From: Spirochaetia bacterium
Lineage (GTDB): Bacteria > Spirochaetota > Spirochaetia > WTKD01 > G963693115
Length of the DNA: 64,000 nucleotides
Reading direction: 5' to 3'
Assembly: GCA_965226055.1 (NCBI GenBank)
Contig: CBDDCA010000006.1
Span: forward strand, 768,001 to 832,000
Position numbers and translations under genes: made by a program. The notes beneath the pieces are model-generated. The model made no database searches and was not told the DNA's origin. It was given only the letters and a program-made list of their open reading frames with translations. Below are positions 40,220-50,154 of this stretch, piece by piece. Position 1 is the stretch's first letter, and the number at the start of each line of letters is the position of its first letter.

Positions 40220-41707
40220 TTGTCTAAGTATATTATTGCATTGGATCAAGGAACTACAAGTTCAAGAGCGTTAATTTTTGATAAAGAACAAACTATTGTT
40301 GCGATAAAACAACGGGAATTTTCTCAGATATACCCAAGAGCAGGGTGGGTAGAACATAACCCTATGGAGTTATGGGCAACTCAAAATTCAGTTATGACAG
40401 AAGCAATGTCATCATTACATATTCAGATACAAGATATAGAGAGTATTGGTATTACAAATCAAAGAGAAACTGTTGTTGTGTGGGATAAGGATACGGGAGA
40501 CCCTGTATATAATGCTATTGTATGGCAATGTAGGCGTACAGCAGATTTCTGTAATGAATTGAAGAGAGACAAAGAGATATGTCAATATATTGTCGATACT
40601 ACTGGGTTGGTCGTTGATGCATATTTTTCTGGAACGAAAATTAAGTGGATTCTTGATACTGTAGTAGGAGCTCGTGAAAAAGCTGAGGCAGGTAAGTTGT
40701 TGTTTGGAACGGTTGATACATGGCTTATTTGGAACTTAACACAAGGGAAGGTACATGTTACTGATTACACAAATGCTTCGCGGACACTCATTTTTAATAT
40801 TCATACATTGGAGTGGGATAGTACTCTCTTAGAGTATTTTGATATTCCTGCTGCGATGCTTCCTGTAGTGCAAGCATCGTCTTCTCTGTTTGGAGAAGTT
40901 CAGTATAAGGATAAGAGTATTCCTATTACTGGGGTTGCGGGCGATCAACAAGCAGCGTTGTTTGGACAGGCATGTTTTTCTTCTGGAGATATAAAGAATA
41001 CCTATGGTACTGGTTGTTTTATTTTGCAACATACGGGAAGTACTCCCATAAAAAGTAATAATGGCTTACTCACTACTGTTGCTGCAAGTATAGGAGAAGA
41101 GGGTACGCAGTATGCTTTAGAGGGAAGCGTGTTTATTGGTGGGGCTATTATTCAATGGTTGAGAGATGAATTGGGCATTATACAGGATGCGGTCGATACT
41201 GAGTATTTTGCAAACAAAGTGCATGATACTCATGGGGTGTATATCATACCTGCTTTTGTAGGGTTGGGTGCTCCTTATTGGGATTCGTCAGCAAGAGGTA
41301 CGATAGTAGGTCTTACACGTGGTGCTAATAAAAATCATCTTATACGAGCTGCGTTAGAGTCTATTGTGTTTCAAAGTGCTGATGTTATTTTTACCATGAT
41401 AAAAGATTCGGGCATAGCAGTGAACAGTGTTAAGGTAGATGGAGGGGCTTCGGCAAATAATTTTTTAATGCAGTTTCAAGCAGATATTGTAGGGACAGAT
41501 GTGCTGCGCTCTACTATTGCAGAGACAACAGCGCTTGGCGCGGCATATTTAGCAGGGTTATACACTGGGTTTTGGAATAGTAAAGAAGAGATAAAAGAAC
41601 GCTGGTGTCTTGATAAGAAATTTAGTTCTGGTATGCAATCAGATGAACGGGATGTAGTATATAAAAGATGGAAAAAAGCTGTAACAAAATCGCAGGGATG
41701 GGAATAG
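40220..41707 (+). CDS. glpK: Glycerol kinase
   Basis: [58 protein letters not shown] start with SD AGGAGG. Confidence 0.98.
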   Translation: MSKYIIALDQGTTSSRALIFDKEQTIVAIKQREFSQIYPRAGWVEHNPMELWATQNSVMTEAMSSLHIQIQDIESIGITNQRETVVVWDKDTGDPVYNAIVWQCRRTADFCNELKRDKEICQYIVDTTGLVVDAYFSGTKIKWILDTVVGAREKAEAGKLLFGTVDTWLIWNLTQGKVHVTDYTNASRTLIFNIHTLEWDSTLLEYFDIPAAMLPVVQASSSLFGEVQYKDKSIPITGVAGDQQAALFGQACFSSGDIKNTYGTGCFILQHTGSTPIKSNNGLLTTVAASIGEEGTQYALEGSVFIGGAIIQWLRDELGIIQDAVDTEYFANKVHDTHGVYIIPAFVGLGAPYWDSSARGTIVGLTRGANKNHLIRAALESIVFQSADVIFTMIKDSGIAVNSVKVDGGASANNFLMQFQADIVGTDVLRSTIAETTALGAAYLAGLYTGFWNSKEEIKERWCLDKKFSSGMQSDERDVVYKRWKKAVTKSQGWE

Positions 41708-41783
41708 TATGTGTTTGGGTATTATGAGGGGTATTGTTATAATATGTAAAAATAAGGAATATTATTTTTAATGTATATGTAAT

Positions 41784-43190
41784 TTATTTTTCATCAATAG
41801 TTTCCTCTTTTACTTTCATTAAATGGGCAAGCAATGCACGAATACGAGGACGACATATTTTTCCTTGACAGTATCCCATGCTTGCACGGGTACGTCTTTT
41901 TATTGCATCTATAGATACAGGATAAGGAGCTCGTATCATTGCTTCGTGTATTGTTTGTTCTCTTACTTGTTCGCATTGACATACTATACGCTTGGGATCA
42001 CCCATACTAAGTTTCGCAAGTTGAGCTATTTCTTTTATAGGAAGAAATTCTTTCTCTATTTGTCGAGGAATGTATGCTTTACGAGTTGCTATAAAATCTG
42101 ATCGTAATGAGAGGGGAAGCAATGTGGCTATTTTTTGTATTACATATTGAGCGATAGCAGGAGCTGATGTTAGCCCTGGCGATTCTATGCCTAATAGATG
42201 TATGCAATTATGTTTACTACAATCTATTGTAAAATCTTTTATGGTGTCTAATGTAGGGCGTATACCTGCATAGGTACGTAATACCATTTTCATGTCAAGT
42301 GAAGGAAGAGTATGCTTTGCTGTTTCTTCAATGATTGCAAGTTTTTGTTCATCAGGAACAGTATCTTCTTTGCTTGTTGCTTCGTATGCATCAGGACCAA
42401 TAATCATGTTGCCATGATATGTTGGACTTACTAATACTCCTTTTCCTTTTTTTGTAGGAACTTGAAAGATCACATGGTTTACTGGATGATAGTCTCGTCT
42501 GAATACATAGTAATTTCCTTTTCTTGGTGTTATGGTATATGAACGAATACCAGTGAGGGCTGCTACAGTGTCAGAATATGCTCCTGCGGCATTGATAATG
42601 ATAGTTGCGTGATACTCGGTATCTTCGGTGCTGATAACCCATGTGTTATTGGGGCTTTGTGTGAGTGCTTGTACATTACTATGAAAGATACACTGTACTC
42701 CGTTTTTTATTGCATTTTCTGCCAATGCTAACGCTACCTCATAAGGCGACACTATTCCACTATGTTTGCAGTGTAAGGCTGCTTGTACCTCAGGATTAAG
42801 ATGAGGTTCTTTTTCTAAAATCTCTTTTTGAGAGATGATGCTAAGATCAGGGATCCCATTTTTAAGTCCATTTTGTTTTAGAGCATGTAATGCTTGCGTT
42901 TGTTCATCATTGAAAGCAAGTACGAGTGATCCGCATCTTTGGATGCCAAAGTTAAGTTCTTTGTTCCATTGTGTGTACTGCTGGTTTCCTTTGTATACAA
43001 AGAATGCTTTGTTTGTATTATGCGTGGCATCGTATCCTCCATGGAGAATGCCAGAATTTGCCTTAGTGCTGCCTAATCCAACATCATTGCCTTTTTCGAG
43101 TAATAGTATACTACAATCATAGCGAGAAAGTTCTCTTGCTATTGCACATCCTATAACTCCTGCACCGATGATGCAAATATCGTATGTCAT
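41784..43190 (-). CDS. FAD-dependent oxidoreductase, GlpA/LhgO-like, with C-terminal BFD-type [2Fe-2S] domain (probable glycerol-3-phosphate dehydrogenase)
   Basis: IIGAGVIG, TKANSGILHGG, GIESPGLTSAPAIA, VCQCE...KRRTRASMGYCQG..C. Convergent with glpK. Confidence 0.85.
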   Translation of the reverse strand: MTYDICIIGAGVIGCAIARELSRYDCSILLLEKGNDVGLGSTKANSGILHGGYDATHNTNKAFFVYKGNQQYTQWNKELNFGIQRCGSLVLAFNDEQTQALHALKQNGLKNGIPDLSIISQKEILEKEPHLNPEVQAALHCKHSGIVSPYEVALALAENAIKNGVQCIFHSNVQALTQSPNNTWVISTEDTEYHATIIINAAGAYSDTVAALTGIRSYTITPRKGNYYVFRRDYHPVNHVIFQVPTKKGKGVLVSPTYHGNMIIGPDAYEATSKEDTVPDEQKLAIIEETAKHTLPSLDMKMVLRTYAGIRPTLDTIKDFTIDCSKHNCIHLLGIESPGLTSAPAIAQYVIQKIATLLPLSLRSDFIATRKAYIPRQIEKEFLPIKEIAQLAKLSMGDPKRIVCQCEQVREQTIHEAMIRAPYPVSIDAIKRRTRASMGYCQGKICRPRIRALLAHLMKVKEETIDEK

Positions 43191-44989
43191 TTTTTGTGAG
43201 AGATTTGTATGCTTAATTCTTGAAGCTGTGCTGTTTCTACAGGGCTAGGGCTATTATCAAGAGGGGAGCTTCCTTGTGTATTTTTAGGAAATGCTATGGT
43301 ATCTCGGATAGAGTGTGCTCCTGTGATAATCATGAGTAATCTATCTAGGCCAGGAGCTATGCCTGCATGGGGAGGAGCTCCATATTGTAGTGCTTCAATG
43401 AAAAACCCAAATTTTTTATGTATTTCTTCTTGGGACATTCCTAATAGTTGAAATATTTTTTGTTGTAATTCATAGTCATGAATACGTACCGATCCAGACG
43501 CTAATTCTACTCCATTACATACTAAGTCATATAGCTCGCCTTTTACTGTAGCTGGATTGTCTACAATAGTGTCAAGATATTCTTGTTTAGGCATGGTAAA
43601 CATGTGGTGTGAAGCTGCCCATCGTTTGTTTGTTTCATCCCATTCAAATAACGGAAAATCTTCTACCCACAGAAACGAGAAATCATTTGCAGACTGCATA
43701 TTTGTTGTTGGTATATATCCAAGCGTATGAGCCATTTCGCGACGTATAGCTCCCAGTACAGTGCATGTTGTATGCCATGTGTCAGCAGCAAAGAACAGCA
43801 TATCGTTTGCTTCTAGTGCTAATGTTGACACTATTTTCTCTGTATGAGGAGCAAGAAATTTTGCAACTCCTCCTGTAAATCCTTCTGTGGCTGAGGTGTA
43901 TTTTGTCCAAGCAAGTCCTTTTGCTCCAAATTTTTTAGCAAGAGCTTCGAGAGCATCAATGTTTTTACGACTCATGAGTGAGGCTGCTTGTGGAATAACG
44001 AGACATTTTACAGTTCCTGTAGGGAGTTGTAATGCTGTCTTAAATACTCCAAAATCAATGGTGTTTGCAATATCGTGTATATCTTGTAAATGAAGTTGAT
44101 AGCGTGCATCGGGTTTATCGGTGCCATAAGTGTTCATAGCGTCAAGATAGCTTATACGCTGGAAGGAAGGCGGAAGATCAATATTGAGGATTTGCTGAAA
44201 CACATGACCAAATAGTCCTTCTACAAATGACAATACATCGTTTTTTGTAACAAAGCTCATTTCTATATCAAGCTGTGTATGTTCTGGCTGACGATCTCCA
44301 CGTAAATCTTCATCTCGAAAACAATGAGCAAACTGGTAGTATCTGTCAAATCCTGATATCATAAGAAGCTGTTTATATATTTGAGGGCTTTGTGCAAGTG
44401 CGTAAAATTTTCCTTGTTGCAATCGTGAAGGCACTAAAAAGTCTCTTGCTCCTTCAGGAGTAGAACATATAAGTGTAGGGGTTTCTATTTCAAGAAATGC
44501 ATGTGTGTTAAGATATTCACGGAATGATTGTGTTATGCTATGACGAAGCTGTATGTTCTTTTGCATCCATCCACTGCGAAGATCTAAGTAGCGATACTTA
44601 AGACGAGTGTCTTCATCGGCATTACTTTTTTCTTCTTCTATGGTGAAGACAGGAACATTGCTTTTTGAGAGTATTACTATGTTTGTTGGTCGTATTTCAA
44701 TTTCGCCTGTACTCAATTCAGGATTGATAGTATCGGTACTCCGTAATGTCACTTTTCCAGTGATGGCAACACAATACTCAGGATGGAGAGTGTTACTTAT
44801 TGTCTGGAGCTCTTGATTTGATTGTTCGTCAATGACTACTTGTACTATGCCAGTTCTATCGCGAATAATGAGAAACAGTAAACCTCCGTGGTTTCGTATG
44901 CTTTTTACCCATCCGTTTATGGTGATTGTTGACTGTGCGTGTTTTGCGTATATAAGCCCACAGTAAGTGGTACGTATAGGATAACTCAT
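43187..44989 (-). CDS. aspS: Aspartate--tRNA ligase
   Basis: RTTYCG, RNHGG, RLKYRYLDLR, TPEGARDFLVPSR, CFRDEDLRGDRQPE, PPHAGIAPGLDR. Confidence 0.98.
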   Translation of the reverse strand: MSYPIRTTYCGLIYAKHAQSTITINGWVKSIRNHGGLLFLIIRDRTGIVQVVIDEQSNQELQTISNTLHPEYCVAITGKVTLRSTDTINPELSTGEIEIRPTNIVILSKSNVPVFTIEEEKSNADEDTRLKYRYLDLRSGWMQKNIQLRHSITQSFREYLNTHAFLEIETPTLICSTPEGARDFLVPSRLQQGKFYALAQSPQIYKQLLMISGFDRYYQFAHCFRDEDLRGDRQPEHTQLDIEMSFVTKNDVLSFVEGLFGHVFQQILNIDLPPSFQRISYLDAMNTYGTDKPDARYQLHLQDIHDIANTIDFGVFKTALQLPTGTVKCLVIPQAASLMSRKNIDALEALAKKFGAKGLAWTKYTSATEGFTGGVAKFLAPHTEKIVSTLALEANDMLFFAADTWHTTCTVLGAIRREMAHTLGYIPTTNMQSANDFSFLWVEDFPLFEWDETNKRWAASHHMFTMPKQEYLDTIVDNPATVKGELYDLVCNGVELASGSVRIHDYELQQKIFQLLGMSQEEIHKKFGFFIEALQYGAPPHAGIAPGLDRLLMIITGAHSIRDTIAFPKNTQGSSPLDNSPSPVETAQLQELSIQISHKK

Positions 44990-45086
44990 GCTATTAGTGT
45001 AGCATAGAAAGCTATGTTAGAATGAGATGGAAGAAAGGAGCAATATATAGTGTGATACAATGAAAGCAGGACTACAATAAGGCGAT

Positions 45087-45701
45087 ATGGATAGTGATAA
45101 AATAAATGCTATTAGAATAAATATAGAAGACTTTACTAAAAATATGATTATCAAGTCTAACGAAAATCATAAGGCAGGAGAATTATTAGAAGAGAAAGAA
45201 TTATATGATGCTGCTATAAGTCGGTACTATTATTCAATATATCAGCGTATAAGGGTTTGTAATATTACTAAGAATGAATATAAAAGGTATGAAGAATTAA
45301 AAGAAAGATATGACAATCTTTTTTCTATTCTAATAAATGAATATGATCAATCTATAATAGATGCTATTATAGAATCAGATACAGATTATAAAGAATTAAA
45401 AAGCTTACTTTCCGATGATCATAAAAAATTCATTTCACACACAACAATGATTAAGACATTTATTGAGAATTGTAATAAATCTACTAAGAAGTATGATAAG
45501 GTGATTCATGGGATTTTAATTAAATTAAGACAGTACAGAAATATTGCTGATTATGCAGGATTGAAACGAGTTAATGATATTTTTGAGGAGTTGAAGAAAG
45601 AATATTGTATTGTTAGAGATATAATAAATGATTTAATGAAAGAAAATAGTATAATAAAAGAAATAGCAAAAAAATTAGGAGAAGAAAATGTATTCTACTA
45701 G
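45087..45701 (+). CDS. HEPN domain protein (UPF0332/COG1895-like, putative RNase)
   Basis: AAISRYYYSIYQ, SHTTMI, and LRQYRNIADY (RxxxDY HEPN variant), with an extra helical insert. Confidence 0.75.
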   Translation: MDSDKINAIRINIEDFTKNMIIKSNENHKAGELLEEKELYDAAISRYYYSIYQRIRVCNITKNEYKRYEELKERYDNLFSILINEYDQSIIDAIIESDTDYKELKSLLSDDHKKFISHTTMIKTFIENCNKSTKKYDKVIHGILIKLRQYRNIADYAGLKRVNDIFEELKKEYCIVRDIINDLMKENSIIKEIAKKLGEENVFY

Positions 45702-46791
45702 AAAAAATTTAGAAGCAGCAAAAAACATAGTAGGAGTAATAAAAGATGCTATAAAAAGCAAAAAGATACCTTCTAAAAAGATTGAATATCCCATAGAGAT
45801 GGGAATAGAACGTTTAGAAGAGTATTCTGATGCAGGTGAATTGCAAAGATGGCAAAGTGTTGAGATATGGCATACATATCCTCATTTTTATGAAGATGAA
45901 ACATTTCAAACTGTTGTTGGGGAAGCTCTTGATGAATATGTATATAATGATGAGGATGATGATACTGTTGTATATTTTACCTATAAGAGGCAGAAAGTCG
46001 CAGATAGAGATGATAAATATTTTTCAAACATTTATCCAAGAACAAAGAAGAATATATATGTTAATATACATGAGAAGATAGATGAAAAATATAGAAAGGA
46101 AGTGCATTCAAAAGTATCACAAACAGAAGAATTTAAAAAATATAATGAAGAGGCTTTTGAGCAGTTTAAAAAACTATATACCTATGATTATTATAAGGAG
46201 AATTTTGACTATAATGAATTCTTAGAGAAAATAGTAGAAAAAGCAAAAGAAATACGGAAGAAAGAAAAAAAGCAAAATAATGATGTAGTAGAAAATATGC
46301 GTGAGTTTTTGCATAAGTATGGTATTTTTTTATTAATTGAGGAGAAACACGATATTCTTGATGGGATCTGTGGATATGTTGGTGAGAAAAAAATGCCTAC
46401 CATTATTCTTTATGTTGATATAGCTGATATTAAAAATTTGAGAAGATGCTTTTTTACTATCGCTCATGAATTGTATCATTTGCTTTATAGTGAAGGAGAA
46501 GATTTGGCAAATAAGTTTGCTGGTGCTTTCCTTGTTTCAGATGTTTTTGATACCTTAGAAGGAAAGTTGGATATTACAGATACAGACAAGATGAAAAAAT
46601 TATTAAAGAAATATCGCGAAGAGTTAGGAGTCTCTTTTGAATGTATCATCAACTCGCTTTTTGATAGTAAGAAAATAGGCAGTAAACAACAATCTGAGCT
46701 ACTTCGTTATAAGTGGAGATATATTGATAAAGGCGATATAGATTTAGGTGAAGAAGAAAAATGGATATATAATTCTTTGGGAATCAAGTAG
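45688..46791 (+). CDS. ImmA/IrrE family Zn metallopeptidase with extra N-terminal domain
   Basis: LDGICG, RRCFFTIAHELYHLL (HExxH), EDLANKFAGAFLV, C-terminal HTH-like ELGVSFECIINSL. Overlaps the HEPN gene by 14 nt, with SD AGGAG. Confidence 0.82.
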   Translation: MYSTRKNLEAAKNIVGVIKDAIKSKKIPSKKIEYPIEMGIERLEEYSDAGELQRWQSVEIWHTYPHFYEDETFQTVVGEALDEYVYNDEDDDTVVYFTYKRQKVADRDDKYFSNIYPRTKKNIYVNIHEKIDEKYRKEVHSKVSQTEEFKKYNEEAFEQFKKLYTYDYYKENFDYNEFLEKIVEKAKEIRKKEKKQNNDVVENMREFLHKYGIFLLIEEKHDILDGICGYVGEKKMPTIILYVDIADIKNLRRCFFTIAHELYHLLYSEGEDLANKFAGAFLVSDVFDTLEGKLDITDTDKMKKLLKKYREELGVSFECIINSLFDSKKIGSKQQSELLRYKWRYIDKGDIDLGEEEKWIYNSLGIK

Positions 46792-46812
46792 AGCATCTCT
46801 CTCATACATACT

Positions 46813-48114
46813 CTACTTACTCTGTACATATCCTCCCATTTCATGTTCTAGTCCAAAGTCTTTACGGATGATAGAAAATATATAGTTTGCAGTATTGAGC
46901 TTTTCGGGGCTGTTATAGGGAAACCTATCTGATACATGGAGGAATGATTCTAATGCAGCAACTTTGTTGGAAAATGAGGCTGCATTTTTTATACGTGTTC
47001 GTATCGTACCAATACAGCTAAAGAATGCTATTAACAATAATGGGATAAGAATAATTTTTCCTAACAGAAGTGGCTGAGTAACTATGCTTCCTATTGAAGA
47101 AAGTTCACGAATAGAAAAATACGATTGAATAGTAAGAAGTGTTGCTATAGTAAAAAATACGAGTGATGAGCAAACAAGTATCACTTGTGGCAACGGCTTT
47201 TTGGATTGTTCTGCTAATTTTTGATACGATTTTGCTACGCCAGCTCCGTGGTTAATATGGAGGGCATGCCGTGCTTGTGCGGTAAGATACTGTAATTCTG
47301 ATCGGATGCTTTCTATCTCCTGTGCTATGGTACGAGTGGTACCTGCAAGATATGAGCTTTCATCTGCGTTTGTTTTGATTGTATCTGATAGTTCTTGTGT
47401 TTGTACTTCTTTGCTTTGTAGTTCTTTTATGCTCTTTTCTAGTTTTGTTTGTATTGTATTGGTAGAAGAGCTTATTGTCTGAATACGTTTTACTATTTCT
47501 TTTGCCATAGTTTCGTGATTGGTAAACTCTTTTTGTGTACTGGCAAGTTCTTTCATAAGTACATCAGCTTCATCTTTTAATTTTCTTGATTTTGTAAGAT
47601 TACTCTGTATTTCTTTTGCATCTTTTTTGAGTTCTTCACGAAGTTCTTCAAAATCAGTATGCTGTTCTGTATACTCTGCTATTTGACTTTTTAACTCAGA
47701 AATAATTTCAGTGGCTTTTATGTCAAAATGAGGGCCTATAGATTGTTTTAGTGATTCTAAGTGTTGAGGAATTGCATAAAGTATGGTACGCAGAGTATTC
47801 TGTCCTGTTGAAGTTTGAATTGGCTCAAATATTTCCGAAAGTTGTGCTACAATAGATTGAATAGTGTCTAGTTGAGTATATGAGTAGTATTTCTTAAAAT
47901 TACGTCCGTTATTGGCACAAAGACTTTTAATAAAAGTACTTATTTGTCTAAGATCTGTTATTATTTGTTTGGGACTATATTCTCCCACTACATTCCGTAA
48001 TGCTTGTTCTGGTTTGCTATAAGTGGTATCAATAAATTTTTGTAGTATAGTAAGTCTTCTTTTTCCAGTAATAGTAAGAATATGGTTTTTTATTGTCTGT
48101 GTAATAGTACTCAT
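46813..48114 (-). CDS. Coiled-coil membrane protein (long coiled coil plus two C-terminal TM helices), unknown function
   Basis: Heptad-rich region at about aa 135-290, then GVAKSYQKLAE, TM1 VILVCSSLVFFTIATLLTI, TM2 IILIPLLLIAFFSCIG. Confidence 0.75.
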   Translation of the reverse strand: MSTITQTIKNHILTITGKRRLTILQKFIDTTYSKPEQALRNVVGEYSPKQIITDLRQISTFIKSLCANNGRNFKKYYSYTQLDTIQSIVAQLSEIFEPIQTSTGQNTLRTILYAIPQHLESLKQSIGPHFDIKATEIISELKSQIAEYTEQHTDFEELREELKKDAKEIQSNLTKSRKLKDEADVLMKELASTQKEFTNHETMAKEIVKRIQTISSSTNTIQTKLEKSIKELQSKEVQTQELSDTIKTNADESSYLAGTTRTIAQEIESIRSELQYLTAQARHALHINHGAGVAKSYQKLAEQSKKPLPQVILVCSSLVFFTIATLLTIQSYFSIRELSSIGSIVTQPLLLGKIILIPLLLIAFFSCIGTIRTRIKNAASFSNKVAALESFLHVSDRFPYNSPEKLNTANYIFSIIRKDFGLEHEMGGYVQSK

Positions 48115-48155
48115 GTATACATATATTTCGGAAGAATATGCGATAAGTAAAGGAT

Positions 48156-49940
48156 TTAATGTATATTTTTTTCTTCTATATCTTTTGCTTTTTTCTGAAT
48201 AGCCTGTGCTATTTTACGTGATACAGAAAGGTTTTTTGAAAGCAATATAATATCGCTATTATATATTGATTTAAGTGTAGGGTAGAAAGTATTAATTTTT
48301 TGTATTGTTTTGTTTCCTACCCCTGTAATAGTGCTGAACTCAGATGCTACAAGTGATTTTGATTGTCGTTTTGCTCTTAATGTAGTTGCAAATCTATGTG
48401 CTTCGTTACGAATAAACTGTAATAATTTACTTGCTGGATGATGTTGAGGAAGTATGAGAGGCTTTGATTGGTGTGGAAAGTAAATTTCTTCATTTTTTTT
48501 GGCAAGTCCTATAATGGGAATACATAACCCTAATGCTTCTAATACTGCATCTGCACTATTTACTTGCCCAATACCACCGTCTATAAGAATAAGATCAGGG
48601 AAAGGCTGATTTTCATTTAATAATCGTGTATAACGGCGACTTATAACTTCGGAGATAGCATGAAAATCGTTCATAGTTCCTTCTTGTAGCGTTTTTATTG
48701 AGAAGCGTCTATACTGGTTACGCTCTGGTGCTCCATTTTTGAAACATACTAATGATGCCACAGTATGATATCCTGCATGGGTAGCAATATCAAAGCCTTC
48801 AATGTGCACAGGAAGAGAAGGCAAAGCAAGCTCTTCTTGTAATGCTAATAATCCTTCACTATCTCCTTTCTGTTGTAAGTTTTTATAGAGCTGTTGGTGA
48901 GAAATTTCCTTTGCCATTTGTATCATACTTCGTTCTTGTAAGCTCGTTGGAAGTAAGACAGTGATAGTGCTGTTTTTGTCAAAGTAGTGTTGTAAGGCAG
49001 AGCTTATGTGTTGTGAGAGTACGATAGCTTTTTTTTCAATAGTGTTTATGTAATGAGCCATTAAAAATTGTTCAAATATTTCATCTTGATTATCAAACAC
49101 ATTTATATGTACTGTTTTCTGATTGATAATGAGTTCATCTTTACATTCAATTAATGTTATACAACATTGATTATGGTACGAGTCAAAATTTATATAATCT
49201 CGAAATCCTTTGTTCAGTTTGAACTGAGAATACGATATTTTAGAGAGTGTTTTAAGCGATGTTTTGTATCTCTGAGCTTTTTCGAAAGCAAGGTTTTTTG
49301 CAGCTTCATTCATTTTTTTTTCTACTGATGTATACAGCTTTTGAGGTTTTCCTTTTAGCAATGTGCGTATAGAATGTATTCTTTTTTGATATTGAGCATG
49401 ATCTGTTTTGTTTGCACAGACGGCTGCACATCTTCCTAGGTGGTAATAAAAACATGGTTCTTTTCTCTGTCGTATCTTTCGACATTTGCGAAGAGGATAG
49501 GTTCGTTCAATAAAGTCAAGGTATATTTGTATGAGTTGTGCTTCGATATATGGGCCAAAGTATTCTGCATTGTCATTGACAATTTTGCGAGTACGTAAAA
49601 TACGAGGAAACTGTTCATTGGTGATTTTTATCATAGGGAAAGTTTTATCATCCTTTAACAAGATATTAAATTTTGGTTGATATTTTTTAATGAGATTGTG
49701 TTCTAATAGTAAGGCTTCATATTCTGTTTGTGTTTCTTGATACTCTATATCTGTTATTTGTTTCATCAATACATATACTTTGTTACTATTTTTATCACGA
49801 AAGTATGACTGTACTCGTTTTCGGAGTTCTTTTGCTTTTCCTACATAAATAATGTCAGCACTGGAATTTTTCATAAGATACACTCCAGGACAAAGAGGAA
49901 AAGTCGTGGCTAATTCTTTGAGAGATTCTTTTATATTCAT
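48156..49940 (-). CDS. uvrC: Excinuclease ABC subunit C
   Basis: PGVYLMK..IIYVGKAKELRKRV (GIY-YIG), EALLLE, IEGFDI, PDLILIDGGIGQ, IRNEAHRFA, HhH GVG. Confidence 0.97.
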   Translation of the reverse strand: MNIKESLKELATTFPLCPGVYLMKNSSADIIYVGKAKELRKRVQSYFRDKNSNKVYVLMKQITDIEYQETQTEYEALLLEHNLIKKYQPKFNILLKDDKTFPMIKITNEQFPRILRTRKIVNDNAEYFGPYIEAQLIQIYLDFIERTYPLRKCRKIRQRKEPCFYYHLGRCAAVCANKTDHAQYQKRIHSIRTLLKGKPQKLYTSVEKKMNEAAKNLAFEKAQRYKTSLKTLSKISYSQFKLNKGFRDYINFDSYHNQCCITLIECKDELIINQKTVHINVFDNQDEIFEQFLMAHYINTIEKKAIVLSQHISSALQHYFDKNSTITVLLPTSLQERSMIQMAKEISHQQLYKNLQQKGDSEGLLALQEELALPSLPVHIEGFDIATHAGYHTVASLVCFKNGAPERNQYRRFSIKTLQEGTMNDFHAISEVISRRYTRLLNENQPFPDLILIDGGIGQVNSADAVLEALGLCIPIIGLAKKNEEIYFPHQSKPLILPQHHPASKLLQFIRNEAHRFATTLRAKRQSKSLVASEFSTITGVGNKTIQKINTFYPTLKSIYNSDIILLSKNLSVSRKIAQAIQKKAKDIEEKNIH

Positions 49941-50030
49941 AAGAATATACTTACAGTATATCGTATGTGAGAAGATAATAAAGATATGAATTTTGTGTTT
50001 TTGCTATGCATTTTTGTGTAATCCAGTGTA

Positions 50031-50050
50031 TTTTTTTTTTTTTTTTTTTT
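50031..50050 (+). repeat. T20 homopolymer tract in the divergent uvrC/lipoprotein intergenic region
   Basis: 20 consecutive T, 104 nt upstream of ATG 50155. This is the longest homopolymer I saw in the window. Confidence 0.9.
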
Positions 50051-50154
50051 AATTTTCAGATATAACACAAAAAATAGTTTTTTTGATATAATAAGACTTG
50101 TGTATTATGTATAGTATGATTATACAATAAATAGATAATTATAAGGAGAACATT

